Notes under the pieces: generated by a model | Database searches by the model: none | What the model saw: only the letters and a program-made list of their open reading frames with translations | Told to the model about the DNA's origin: nothing | Translations under genes and position numbers: made by a program | In this document: positions 37,766-47,407 of the stretch, in pieces | Layout of the letters: every line of letters begins with the position of its first letter | Numbering within the stretch: position 1 is the first letter of the stretch | NCBI GenBank assembly: GCA_963695225.1 | Contig: OY968762.1 | Coordinates: forward strand, 608,001 to 672,000 | Reading direction: 5' to 3' | DNA length: 64,000 nt | DNA from: Vulcanimicrobiota bacterium | GTDB taxonomy: Bacteria > Vulcanimicrobiota > Vulcanimicrobiia > Vulcanimicrobiales > Vulcanimicrobiaceae

Positions 37766-40700
37766 ATTCAACGACTTTCCAGGTGGGGGCCGGCGCCTGC
37801 GTCGAGCGCAGCGTCACGTGTTGCTTACCTTGCAGTTCGCCGAACGCGCTCTCGACGATGATCTGCGCGCGCTCGACCCGGAACGGACCGCTGAGCTTGG
37901 CCGTTGCGTCGACCGCGTCGCCGACGCCGCGGAAGACCTCCGCATTCAGCTCGACCGTTTCGCCTTCGACGACGCGCGGCAGCGACGTCGATTCCATGAC
38001 GAAGCCGTCGAGTTCCGGGAAGGTTACGAACGTCAGCATCGCCGGCAGCTCGGCCGGCACCGCATCCGCCGGCCGCGCCGCGACGGCCGTGCCGCGACCG
38101 GCGGCGCCGGGCGCCGCGGCAACGAACGTCTTGCGTACGACCCGTTCGTAGAGCACGGGGATCGCGAGAATAGAGAGCACCGCGGAGGCGGTCATTCCGA
38201 AGACCAGCGCCCAGGCGAGGCCGCTCCAGACGGGGTCGGCTGCGATCACGATCGAGGAGAGCACCCCTGCGGCTGCGGTGAGGAAGATCGGGCGCGTGCG
38301 AGCTGTCGTTGCTTCGATCAGCGAATCGCGCAGGCTCCCGCCTTCCTTCAACTTGTCTTCGATGAACTCGATCAAGATGATCGAGTTGCGCACGACGATA
38401 CCGATCAGCGCGATCAACCCGATCATCGCCGTCGCGGAGAAATAGATCCCGAACGGAGCGAGGATCGCGAAGCCCGGCATGACGCCGATCACCGCGAGCG
38501 GCACCGCCGCGAGGACGACGAGCGGAACCATGAACGAGCGGAAGCGCGCGACTAGGACAAAGTAGATCAAGATGAACGCGATCAGCATCGCCGTCCCGAG
38601 ATCGGCGAAGACGGTGTTCGTGAGATGCCACTCGCCGTCCCAATCGATCCGGTAGCCCTGCGGCAAGGGGTTGCGCGCCAGCTCGAAGAGCATGTCGATC
38701 ACGGCATAGGTCGAGCTGCGGGCCGCCATGTCGGCGCCGACGTACGAGACGTTCTCGTAATCGTCACGGTAGAGCGGCGCCTCGAGCTGCCCCGCGACCA
38801 CGTGGGTGACGGCGGAGAGCGGGACCAGCCCGCCCATGCGCGTCGGCACTTGGATCGAGGCGAGCGAGGCGGCATCCTTGCGGTATTCGGGCGCGAAGCG
38901 CACGAAGATGCCGATCGGGCGCGCTTCCGTCGCGACGTGAAGCGTGGAGACGGTCGCTCCGTGCAGCGCCATGCCGAGCGTTTGCGCGATCTCCGCCGCG
39001 CTCACGCCCGAGAGGCTCGCCTTGCGCTGGTCCACCGCGAGTTGCAACGATGCCGGAAGCGCCTTGAAGCTCGAGTCGACGTCGACGACGCCGCGCTCGC
39101 GCTGCAGCATGCCGCTCACGCGCGAGGCGATCGCGCGCCGCACGTCGGGGTCCGGCCCGTAGATCTTCGCGAGGATCGTATCGCGGACCGGCGGCCCGGG
39201 CGGCGTCTGCAAGATGCGCAAGGTCGCGCCGTACCGCTCCGCGATCGCCGCGAGGCGCGGCCTCACCTGTTGCACGAACGCGGCGGACTGGATCTTGCGC
39301 TTGTCTTTCGGAACGAGATTCACGCGGATGTCCGCGAGGTTCGGCGCGTTTCGGAACACCGTGCCCTGCAAGAGCGCAGCCAAGTCCGGAATCGAGTTCG
39401 TGCCGACGAACGTCTCGTAGTCCGCGATCTCGGGGATCTTGGCGAGCTCCGTGCCGACGGCGTTCGCGATCTCCGTCGTGCGCGCGACGGGGCTCGAGGG
39501 CGGCGCATCGATGCTGACCAGGAACGTCGTCTCGTTCGCATCCGGGAGCATTCGAAACTGGACGAGTTTGAAGACGGGCAATGCGGCGCTCGCTATGAAC
39601 GCGAGGAGCAAGAGCCCCAGGAATACGCGCGCCCGCGCCGGCCGGTCGAGCAAGCCGATCAGCATGCTGCGGAACGGCGCGATCCAGCGCGGGACACCGT
39701 GCGCCGCTTCCTTTGGTTTCTGATTGCGGAGCAGCGCGTACGTTGCCCAAGGCGTTATCGCGAACGCGATCAAGAGCGAGGCGATCATCGCGACCGGAAC
39801 ATTGATCGGGATCGGCCGCATGTACGGGCCCATCATCCCCGTGACGAAGAGCATCGGGAGGAACGAGAGCACGACCGTGAGCGTCGCGAGCGTCGTCGGG
39901 CTGCCGATCTCGGCGACCGCGCGGACCGTCGCCTCGGCTCGCGGTGCGTCCGGATCGTTGTGATAATGGCGATGGATGTTCTCGACGATGACGATCGCCT
40001 GGTCGACGAGCAAGCCCAGCCCTAGGATGAGCGCGAACAGCGTGATGCGATTGATCGTTTGACCGCTCAGCATCCCCACGCCGAGCGTGACGAACAGCGT
40101 CAGCGGGATCGCCGTCGCGACGACGAGCGCTTCGCGCCAGCCGAGCACCATCAGCAGGATGACGACGATGACGATCGCTTCGATGAGGCGCTCGATCAGT
40201 TCGTTGACGGCCGCATTGGCTTTTTCGCCGTAATTTCGCGTCACGGCGACGTCGATGCCGGGCGGGAGCTCGGTAGTCTTCACCGTCGCCAGGATCGCGT
40301 CGGCGATCGTGACCGCGTTCGTCCCCGCCTTCTTCGCAATCGCGATGCTGACGGCAGGTTCCGGAGCTTTCGCACGGTCCGTCGCGGAGCCGCCGTAGGC
40401 GAACTGCGTCTGCGATTCCTCGGGTGCGTAGCCCAGTTCGACCTTCGCGACCTGGCGGAGCGCGACGGGCTGCCCGTCGCTGACGCCGACGATCTGGGCC
40501 CCGACCTGATCGACCGAGGTGTATGCGGTCCCCGCGTGGATCGAGAGTTCGTCCGAACGAGTTCGCACGCTCCCGGCCGCCTGCGTCAGGTTCGTCGCTC
40601 CGAGGGCTTGCGCAATCTGTCCCGGCGAGAGCCCGTACGAGGCCAGGCGCACCGGGTCGAGCGAGACGCTGACCTCGCGCGGACGCCCGCCGTACGTCTG

Positions 40701-41237
40701 CACGGTCGAGAGGCCCGGAATCGGCCGAAGCGCCTCGATCAGGCGTTCGGCTGCCGTGTTGAGCTGGCCGCGGTCGTAGTTCTTCGCGTGGAGCGTCAGG
40801 ACGACGATCGGGATATCGTCGACGCTGAGCGGCGTGATCTGCGGCTGCGAGGCGCCGGGCGGGAGCTCGCTCAGGTGTGCGAAGACTTGATCGTACAGAT
40901 CGACGAACGATTTCGTCGGATCGTCACCGACGTGGAAGAGCACCGTGATGATCGAGACGTCTTGCGTCGTGAACGTGTAGACGTGCTCGATCCCGGGGAT
41001 CTGCTGGAAGACGCGCTCGCCGCGCTCGGTGATGAGCTTCTGCACCTCCGCCGAGGAAGCGCCCGGGTATTGCGTGACGATCGTCGCCGCGGGCATCGTG
41101 ATCTGCGGATTCTCTTGCCGCGGCGTATAGAAGACCGCGATCAGCCCCCAGACGCAAATGGCGACGACGATCGCCGGCGTCAGCTTCGACTGCAGGAAAT
41201 ACGCGGCGAGCCTGCCGGCGAAATTCAGCCTAGGCAT
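37758..41237 (-). CDS. RND efflux transporter (AcrB/CusA superfamily) with C-terminal extension
   Basis: LLVDQAIVIVENI, GMMGPYMRPIP, GIVVRNSIILIEF, RTRPIFLT. Confidence 0.93.
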   Translation of the reverse strand: MPRLNFAGRLAAYFLQSKLTPAIVVAICVWGLIAVFYTPRQENPQITMPAATIVTQYPGASSAEVQKLITERGERVFQQIPGIEHVYTFTTQDVSIITVLFHVGDDPTKSFVDLYDQVFAHLSELPPGASQPQITPLSVDDIPIVVLTLHAKNYDRGQLNTAAERLIEALRPIPGLSTVQTYGGRPREVSVSLDPVRLASYGLSPGQIAQALGATNLTQAAGSVRTRSDELSIHAGTAYTSVDQVGAQIVGVSDGQPVALRQVAKVELGYAPEESQTQFAYGGSATDRAKAPEPAVSIAIAKKAGTNAVTIADAILATVKTTELPPGIDVAVTRNYGEKANAAVNELIERLIEAIVIVVILLMVLGWREALVVATAIPLTLFVTLGVGMLSGQTINRITLFALILGLGLLVDQAIVIVENIHRHYHNDPDAPRAEATVRAVAEIGSPTTLATLTVVLSFLPMLFVTGMMGPYMRPIPINVPVAMIASLLIAFAITPWATYALLRNQKPKEAAHGVPRWIAPFRSMLIGLLDRPARARVFLGLLLLAFIASAALPVFKLVQFRMLPDANETTFLVSIDAPPSSPVARTTEIANAVGTELAKIPEIADYETFVGTNSIPDLAALLQGTVFRNAPNLADIRVNLVPKDKRKIQSAAFVQQVRPRLAAIAERYGATLRILQTPPGPPVRDTILAKIYGPDPDVRRAIASRVSGMLQRERGVVDVDSSFKALPASLQLAVDQRKASLSGVSAAEIAQTLGMALHGATVSTLHVATEARPIGIFVRFAPEYRKDAASLASIQVPTRMGGLVPLSAVTHVVAGQLEAPLYRDDYENVSYVGADMAARSSTYAVIDMLFELARNPLPQGYRIDWDGEWHLTNTVFADLGTAMLIAFILIYFVLVARFRSFMVPLVVLAAVPLAVIGVMPGFAILAPFGIYFSATAMIGLIALIGIVVRNSIILIEFIEDKLKEGGSLRDSLIEATTARTRPIFLTAAAGVLSSIVIAADPVWSGLAWALVFGMTASAVLSILAIPVLYERVVRKTFVAAAPGAAGRGTAVAARPADAVPAELPAMLTFVTFPELDGFVMESTSLPRVVEGETVELNAEVFRGVGDAVDATAKLSGPFRVERAQIIVESAFGELQGKQHVTLRSTQAPAPTWKVVEYV

Positions 41238-42535
41238 CAGCGGGTCACCGTCACGGCAGCGCCCTCGGTCAGACGCTGTAGATTCGTGACGGCGACCCGG
41301 ACGCCGTCGCCCGAGATGCCGTGCACCTCGACGAGGCTGTCGCTCACGGTGCCGCTCTGCACCGGAACGAATGACGCCGTACCTTCGCGGACGACGAAGA
41401 CGCCGGTTTGCCCCGCGCGCGTGACGAGCGCGGCGAGGGGGACAGCCCAGCCCCGGTGCGCCGCGCTCGGGAGCACGACGCGCGCGAACATTCCCGGCAT
41501 GAGCCCCACGCGATCCGCGAGCGAGATCTTCACGGTCGTCGAACGGAGCGCCGGGTTTTGCGAGGGGAACACGGCGCGGACGCGCGCCGGGACGCTCGCA
41601 CCCCCAAGCGCGTCGACCCGGACGGTCGCCGGCGCGCCCTGCGCGAGCGCGCCGAGGTCCTCATCCGGGACTGCGACGTCCAACTCGAGGTCGTGCGTAT
41701 CTTGCACGGCGACCACGGGGCTGCCCGGGCCGACGACGGCGCCCGAATCGACGAACTTCGCCGTCACGGTGCCGGCGAAGGGAGCCGTCAGCGTCGCCTC
41801 GCGCAACGGCACGCCGGCCGCCGAGACCCCGGCGCGCGCCTGCGCCGCCATATCGGATGCGGCTCGCGATTGTGCCAGCGCCGCTTGGTAGCCGCTCTGC
41901 GCGCCGCTCAAGCCCGCCTGCGCTTGCGTGACGCCGGCTTGGGCGGCCGCGAGATTCGCCTGCGCCTCATCGTTTTGCTGTTGCGAGATCGCGCCTTCGG
42001 CGTAGAGCGTCGCCATGCGTCCTGCCGTCGTTCGAGCCAGCTCGTAGCGACTGCGGGCCGCACCGAGTTGCGCGCGCGCGCCGTCGATCGCCGAGGCCGC
42101 CGCCTGCAACGCCGAGCGGCTCGCCGCCTGGCCCGCAAGCGAGGCTGAGGCGCCGGCTTCGGCCTGCGCCAGGCCCGCGCCGTACCCCGCGGTATCGACC
42201 TGGGCCAAGACCTGGCCGGCCGATACGTGGTCGCCGGCTCGGACGGAGACGGAGACGATCCGGCCCGCGGAGACCGCGCCGATCGTCGCCGACCGCACTG
42301 CCACCAGAGTTCCCGAAAGCTCCGTCGGCGTTGAAAAGCTCGCAGTCCGTAACCCGACGACCGAAACCGGCACGGCGGCCGCCGCGCCTTCACTCGCGCC
42401 TGCAGCCGAGTCCTTCGCCCCGGCGCACCCGGCCAGCGGCGAGGCTGCCGCCGCTCCCAGGAGTGCCAGCGCTCTCCAAAGCGTGCGGCCGGGCGTTCGG
42501 GGGGACTGCGGTCGATCGTTCACGGTTCGGAGCAT
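41237..42535 (-). CDS. RND periplasmic adaptor (MFP)
   Basis: LAGC lipobox, GDHVSAGQVLA, coiled coil, APFAGTV, PGMFARV; start uncertain (42523-42535). Confidence 0.9.
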   Translation of the reverse strand: MLRTVNDRPQSPRTPGRTLWRALALLGAAAASPLAGCAGAKDSAAGASEGAAAAVPVSVVGLRTASFSTPTELSGTLVAVRSATIGAVSAGRIVSVSVRAGDHVSAGQVLAQVDTAGYGAGLAQAEAGASASLAGQAASRSALQAAASAIDGARAQLGAARSRYELARTTAGRMATLYAEGAISQQQNDEAQANLAAAQAGVTQAQAGLSGAQSGYQAALAQSRAASDMAAQARAGVSAAGVPLREATLTAPFAGTVTAKFVDSGAVVGPGSPVVAVQDTHDLELDVAVPDEDLGALAQGAPATVRVDALGGASVPARVRAVFPSQNPALRSTTVKISLADRVGLMPGMFARVVLPSAAHRGWAVPLAALVTRAGQTGVFVVREGTASFVPVQSGTVSDSLVEVHGISGDGVRVAVTNLQRLTEGAAVTVTR

Positions 42536-42588
42536 CCTTCGAGCAAAAAGGCGGCGCGGAAACCGCACCTCGAGCACGGACCTATCAT

Positions 42589-42604
42589 ATACCCCCATGG
42601 GTAT
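42589..42604. promoter_or_regulatory. CsoR/CstR-type operator in the RND operon promoter
   Basis: ATACCCCCATGGGTAT just downstream of minus-strand TTGACA (42609-42614). Confidence 0.65.
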
Positions 42605-42705
42605 TGTGTGTCAAGGGGATACCCGGTACTGTAAAGCATGACGGACTGCATCCGTCCATTAAGGCGCTTAGGCATAAGCTTCCGAGCTGAGTAGCGGCTT
42701 GTCGT

Positions 42706-42729
42706 TGACATACTCTACGGGGTATGTCA
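42706..42729. promoter_or_regulatory. CsoR/CstR-type operator in the DUF2892-DUF302 promoter
   Basis: TGACATAC-TCTACGGG-GTATGTCA overlapping TTGACA (42705). Confidence 0.65.
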
Positions 42730-42742
42730 TATACTTGGCGCC

Positions 42743-42994
42743 ATGACACCTCAATCGCCCGTCCACCCACTCTTGCGGCCTGCCGCGGAAGCGGGATGGC
42801 GCATCGAATCAGCAGTCCGCGCGGTCGCGGGGGCCATCGTCCTGGTGAGCCTGCTGCTCTCCCTGCTGGACAGCCGATGGCTCTGGCTGACGGCGTTTGC
42901 CGGCGCGAATCTCTTGCAATCCGGACTGACCGGCTGGTGCCTGATGTCGAATCTTCTCTCGCTGATCCTCAAGCGTTCCGCCTCGGCGGCGTAG
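42743..42994 (+). CDS. DUF2892/YgaP-like membrane protein
   Basis: AVRAVAG, AGANLLQSGLTGWCLM. Confidence 0.85.
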   Translation: MTPQSPVHPLLRPAAEAGWRIESAVRAVAGAIVLVSLLLSLLDSRWLWLTAFAGANLLQSGLTGWCLMSNLLSLILKRSASAA

Positions 42995-42995
42995 A

Positions 42996-43412
42996 ATGCA
43001 CGCGCCTATGGAACCTGCAAGACTCACCTACGGAACCGCCGTCCGCACGTCGCTGCCGTTCGATGCTGCCCTAGCGCGCACGAGGGACGAACTCAAGGCT
43101 GAAGGCTTCGGCGTTCTCTGCGAGATCGACGTCGCGAAGACGATGCATGAGAAACTCGGCGTCGAGTTGCCGGCCTACACGATCTTAGGCGCCTGCAATC
43201 CGTCGCTGGCCCATCGCGGACTCACTGCCGAGCCGCACCTCGGGCTCTTGTTGCCGTGCAACGTCGTCGTCCGGGCGACGGAAACCGGCGCCGAAATCTC
43301 GGCGATCGATGCGGGCGCGATGATGCTGGTCGTCGGAAACGCGGAATTGACTTCGATCGCAAGCGAAGTGAACGCGCGCCTCGCGCGCGTTTTGGAGCGC
43401 CTCGCCGCCTAA
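42996..43412 (+). CDS. DUF302 domain protein
   Basis: EGFGVLCEID, ILGACNP, GLLLPCNVVV. Confidence 0.9.
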   Translation: MHAPMEPARLTYGTAVRTSLPFDAALARTRDELKAEGFGVLCEIDVAKTMHEKLGVELPAYTILGACNPSLAHRGLTAEPHLGLLLPCNVVVRATETGAEISAIDAGAMMLVVGNAELTSIASEVNARLARVLERLAA

Positions 43413-43461
43413 CTTCGACTCGCAGACGCCCCGCGCCACGCGGCCGGCCCGCGGCCGCAGT

Positions 43462-44532
43462 CTAACCGATGTGCAGAACGGCGACGAGCGAGATGCTCAC
43501 GGCGGCCATGATCGTTGCGAGCAACACGCCTACCCCGAGCGGGCGCATCCCCATGCGGCGAATCTTCTCGACGTCGACGTTGAGCCCGACGCCGGCCAGC
43601 ACCATCACGATCAGGAATCCGGCGTACAGCGTGAGCGCATGCGCCATGCTCGCAGGGAACACGTGCAGGCTGTTGAGCGTGGCCATGGCAACGAATCCGA
43701 GGATGAACCACGGCACCGTGTTCATGACGCGCCGCCACAAGGGCTCGCCGGCGGCCTGCGCGTCCTTCGCGAAGCGCGCGTCGGACCACAGACCGATGCC
43801 GATCGCGAGCGGGACGAGCAGCACCGTCCGGGTCAGCTTCACGATCGTCGCGACGGCCCCGGCCTTCGCTCCGTAGACGAAACCCGTCGCGACGACGACC
43901 GACGTGTCGTTGACGGCTGTGCCGGCCCAGCTTCCGAAGGCCGTCTCCGAAAGGTGCAGCGCGTGCCCGAGCGGCGGATACAGCAGCAGCGCGATGATGT
44001 TGAACGTGAAGATCGTCGTGATCGCGTACGCGATCTCTTCATCCTTCGCGCGCAGGAGCGGCCCGATCGCAAGGATCGCCGACCCGCCGCAGATCGCCGT
44101 CCCCGCGCCGATTAGCGTCCCGACGTTTCCGGGGAGCCGAAAGATCCGGGCCAGTGCGAGGCCCAGCAGCAGCGCGGTGAGGAAACACGCGCCGACGAGC
44201 GCGAGCGTCGCCGCGCCCGCCTGCACGATCGCAGCGAACGTGAGGCCGGCACCGAATAGGATGATCGCTGCACGCAGCAGGTAGCGCAGCGTGAACGCCA
44301 CGCCGGGCCTGATGCGGGCCGACAGTCGCAGGACATTGCGCACCGCGATGCCCGCGACGAGCGCGAGCACGACGTCCGGAATAGCTCCCGTGAATTGGGA
44401 GAGCAGCCGCGCGGCGACGGCGATCGCCAGCACGGCACCCAACCCCGGGAGCAGGCTCCCCGGCTGGACTTTGGGCGTGGCTGGCGGGGCGCTGGGTTTG
44501 AGGGCCGATTCCGGTGGAGCGACAGCGTTCAT
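43462..44532 (-). CDS. YeiH-family putative sulfate/sulfite exporter
   Basis: GTAICGGSAI, WAGTAVNDTSVV, VKLTR, VPWFILGF. Confidence 0.9.
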   Translation of the reverse strand: MNAVAPPESALKPSAPPATPKVQPGSLLPGLGAVLAIAVAARLLSQFTGAIPDVVLALVAGIAVRNVLRLSARIRPGVAFTLRYLLRAAIILFGAGLTFAAIVQAGAATLALVGACFLTALLLGLALARIFRLPGNVGTLIGAGTAICGGSAILAIGPLLRAKDEEIAYAITTIFTFNIIALLLYPPLGHALHLSETAFGSWAGTAVNDTSVVVATGFVYGAKAGAVATIVKLTRTVLLVPLAIGIGLWSDARFAKDAQAAGEPLWRRVMNTVPWFILGFVAMATLNSLHVFPASMAHALTLYAGFLIVMVLAGVGLNVDVEKIRRMGMRPLGVGVLLATIMAAVSISLVAVLHIG

Positions 44533-44782
44533 GCGGATAACGCTACCGAAACCTTGTCAATAAGTCCAAGTAGCGCTTGTTGCATTTATGCAAACATTCC
44601 CTAATCATAATTGACACCCGCACCATGTTCTGCGGCCGCCCCGGGGTGACCGTGACGGCGCGGCAGCGTCCGGAGCGCTGTGGGGTTTCTCCGCGGGAGG
44701 GACGGCTTGCCCGCAAGATCCGGCCGGCCCCCGATCCGGACACGGGCGTCTTCGGCGGGGAGTTCCGCTGCCGGCCGGAGGC

Positions 44783-44798
44783 ATACCGCATGGGGTAC
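44783..44798. promoter_or_regulatory. Possible fourth CsoR/CstR-type operator between yeiH and aroA
   Basis: ATACCGCATGGGGTAC. Confidence 0.45.
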
Positions 44799-44814
44799 GC
44801 CAACCTGCATCGCG

Positions 44815-46095
44815 ATGGAAACGACGAAATCGGCGCACCGTTTCGAAGCCGGGCCGCTCCTCGGCGAGGTACGAGTGGCCGGCGATAAATCGATCTCGCA
44901 TCGTGCCCTGATGTTCGCGGCGGTCGCGCCCGGCGAGTCGACGATCCTCGCGCCGAATCGCGGTGCGGACGTCCTCGCGACGCGGGATGCGATCGTCGCG
45001 CTCGGCGCCGAGGTGGACGACCGGGGCGAGACGATCGTCGTGCGCGGCGGGACGCTCCGCTCGCCGGACGCCACGCTCGACGCGCGCAACTCCGGCACGA
45101 CGACGCGCCTGCTGCTCGGCCTCCTCGCGGGGCAAGGCCTCACGGCGACGTTCGACGGCGACGCCTCGCTGCGGAGGCGGCCGATGGAGCGCGTCGCCCG
45201 CCCGCTGCGCGCGATGGGCGCCCGCGTCGAGACCACGAACGGCAGGCTCCCCGCCACGGTCCACGGGATCACTGCTCCCGCCGGTGGGACGTTCGCGCTC
45301 GAGATCCCCTCGGCGCAGATCAAGTCGGCGATCTTGCTCGCCCATCTCGGAGCGCGAGGGCGCGTCACCGTGACGGGCGACCGGCATTCCCGCGACCACA
45401 CGGAACGCATGCTCCGGCATTTCGGGCGAACCGTCGAATTCGACGGGGAGACGATCGTCCTCGAGCCGGGCTCGCTCGCGCCGCGGACCGTGCGCGTCGC
45501 AGCCGACCTTTCCGCCGCCGCGTTCTTCATCACGGCGGCCGCGATCACGCCGGGGAGCGATCTCGTCGTCCGGGACGTCGGCGTCAACGCGACCCGCACG
45601 GGGTTTCTCGACGTGCTCTCGGCGATGGGCGCCGATCTCGAGCGCCGCAACGAGCGGGAAGTCGACGGCGAGCCCGTCGCCGACCTGCACGTGCGCTACC
45701 GTCCGCTGCACGCCGTCGCGATCGATGAAGCGCTCGTCGTCCGCGCGATCGACGAGATCCCCGTGCTCGCCGTTGCGGCCGCGCACGCGCGCGGGACGAC
45801 CACGATCCACGGCGCGCAGGATCTCCGCGCGAAGGAGTCGGATCGCATCGCCTCAACGTCCGCGATGCTGCGTGCCTGTGGGATCACCGTCGCCGAACTC
45901 CCCGACGGCATGGAGATCGTCGGGGGCGGCGCGCATTCGCCCGAGCGCGTGCTGGAAACGCACGACGATCACCGCATCGCGATGGCGGCCGCGGTCCTCG
46001 CGGCACCGACCGGCCCGCACGCCATCGACGACGCCGGCTGCATCGCCGTCAGTTTCCCCGAATTCGAAGATCGCTGGACCACGGCCCAGCGCTAA
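44815..46095 (+). CDS. aroA: 3-phosphoshikimate 1-carboxyvinyltransferase (EPSP synthase)
   Basis: GDKSISHR, NSGTTTRL, SAQIKSA, RDHTE, KESDRI, DDHRIAM, SFPEF. Confidence 0.97.
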   Translation: METTKSAHRFEAGPLLGEVRVAGDKSISHRALMFAAVAPGESTILAPNRGADVLATRDAIVALGAEVDDRGETIVVRGGTLRSPDATLDARNSGTTTRLLLGLLAGQGLTATFDGDASLRRRPMERVARPLRAMGARVETTNGRLPATVHGITAPAGGTFALEIPSAQIKSAILLAHLGARGRVTVTGDRHSRDHTERMLRHFGRTVEFDGETIVLEPGSLAPRTVRVAADLSAAAFFITAAAITPGSDLVVRDVGVNATRTGFLDVLSAMGADLERRNEREVDGEPVADLHVRYRPLHAVAIDEALVVRAIDEIPVLAVAAAHARGTTTIHGAQDLRAKESDRIASTSAMLRACGITVAELPDGMEIVGGGAHSPERVLETHDDHRIAMAAAVLAAPTGPHAIDDAGCIAVSFPEFEDRWTTAQR

Positions 46096-46098
46096 ACT

Positions 46099-46467
46099 CT
46101 AACGGCGGCCGTTCGCGCTGCGCCGCGCGCGCAAGTCGCCGAAGCCCGTCTTCAGCGAAGCCAGGACGCCGAAGATCGTCCCGAGCGTCGAGCGCAAGCC
46201 GCGCGTGGCGCGATCGAGTTCCCCGAGCGCGAGTTGGAGGCGTTCGAGCGTGGCGGCGAGTTCTTCGCTGCGTTCGTTGATCCGGGCAAGGTAGATTTCC
46301 GCCATCGGCCCGGCCCGGACGATCGGGTGCTCGCGCAGTGCCTCGGCTTGCTTCTTCAGCGCGAGCCCCGGACCGGCTAGCCGCACGAGTCCCACGAGCA
46401 CGCACAGCAGCGTCAGCGCGAAGCACGCTCCGAGGATCCCGAGGCCGAGCCGCGTAGCGTCGCTCAT
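46099..46467 (-). CDS. Hypothetical membrane-anchored coiled-coil protein
   Basis: N-terminal TM; ATGA overlap with upstream gene. Confidence 0.6.
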   Translation of the reverse strand: MSDATRLGLGILGACFALTLLCVLVGLVRLAGPGLALKKQAEALREHPIVRAGPMAEIYLARINERSEELAATLERLQLALGELDRATRGLRSTLGTIFGVLASLKTGFGDLRARRSANGRR

Positions 46468-46742
46468 GCGGCGGAGCTATCCCCCTTCTTTGGGGGCGCC
46501 GCGCCCGAATCGGCCTTCGGCGCGGGCTCCTTCTTCGGAGCGGCCGACGAATCGCCGCCGCCGGACTTCCGCGAATCGGTGATATAGAACCCCGATCCCT
46601 TGAAGACGATCCCGGCGGCGCTGAAACGCCGTACGAGCTCGCCGCCGCACGCGGGGCACGCTTCGCTCACCGTTTCGTCGAAACCGTGGCGAACATCGGT
46701 GACCGTCCCGCAGGAACGGCACTCATACTCATATACCGGCAC
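46464..46742 (-). CDS. FmdB-family zinc-ribbon protein
   Basis: PVYEYECRSCG, CPACGG, FKGSGFYITD. Confidence 0.9.
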   Translation of the reverse strand: MPVYEYECRSCGTVTDVRHGFDETVSEACPACGGELVRRFSAAGIVFKGSGFYITDSRKSGGGDSSAAPKKEPAPKADSGAAPPKKGDSSAA

Positions 46743-46824
46743 GCATAACTCCCGTGATCGCGAGGACGCGCGGACGCGCGTGAGGTCGAGTATACGGAGT
46801 ATTAGCAGTTCCCGTCAACGACTG

Positions 46825-47286
46825 CTAGAACCCCGCGCCCAGTTCGTCGGACTCGGCGAGCCCCTTGAAATGGATGAGCGATTCGCTGAGCTTCCTCGCC
46901 AAGCGGGGCCGGACGGCTATCCGATCGAGGAAGGCGCCGACCGCGCCGCCATAGGTCGGGTAATCCAGCCGGGCGACGATCCGGCAGGTCAGCGACTTGC
47001 GCTCGACCCGGAACTCGAGGCGCCGGCGGAGAGAGTACGCGCCCACGAGCGACACGATGTGCCCGTCGAGGAAGCGCTCGACCTCGAACAACTCCTCGGG
47101 TTCCCCCGGGATCGACGAGCGCATGACCAGCTCGCTCCCCAGACGGAGAGGACCGTCATCAACCCTTCTCACCGTCTTCAGCAACGAAAGCCAGACCGGC
47201 CACTTCTCCGTCTCGCGCAAGAGCGAAAACGCAAGCTCCGCAGGCGAATCGAGTTCGATGGCACCGGCGAGCGCATCGGAACTCAT
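46825..47286 (-). CDS. SRPBCC/polyketide cyclase-like protein
   Basis: AFSLLRETEKWPVW, C-terminal SLIHFKGLAE helix. Confidence 0.7.
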   Translation of the reverse strand: MSSDALAGAIELDSPAELAFSLLRETEKWPVWLSLLKTVRRVDDGPLRLGSELVMRSSIPGEPEELFEVERFLDGHIVSLVGAYSLRRRLEFRVERKSLTCRIVARLDYPTYGGAVGAFLDRIAVRPRLARKLSESLIHFKGLAESDELGAGF

Positions 47287-47407
47287 GCGTCCCGGCTCGG
47301 CAAGGGATGGAACCATTCCCTAGGGCCTTCGCCCCGGCGGCTGCGAGCCCTCCGGCGGCCCCAATATGTTGGGTCTCCCGAGGGCCGCGCCTACGACGGA
47401 TTGGGTG

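Noticed and set aside
44533..44814. Riboswitch/T-box or distal att site before aroA
   Set aside because: No T-box or riboswitch consensus and no tRNA-Leu repeat recognised; only divergent TTGACA boxes and a TTGCAT-TT-ATGCAA palindrome of unclear role
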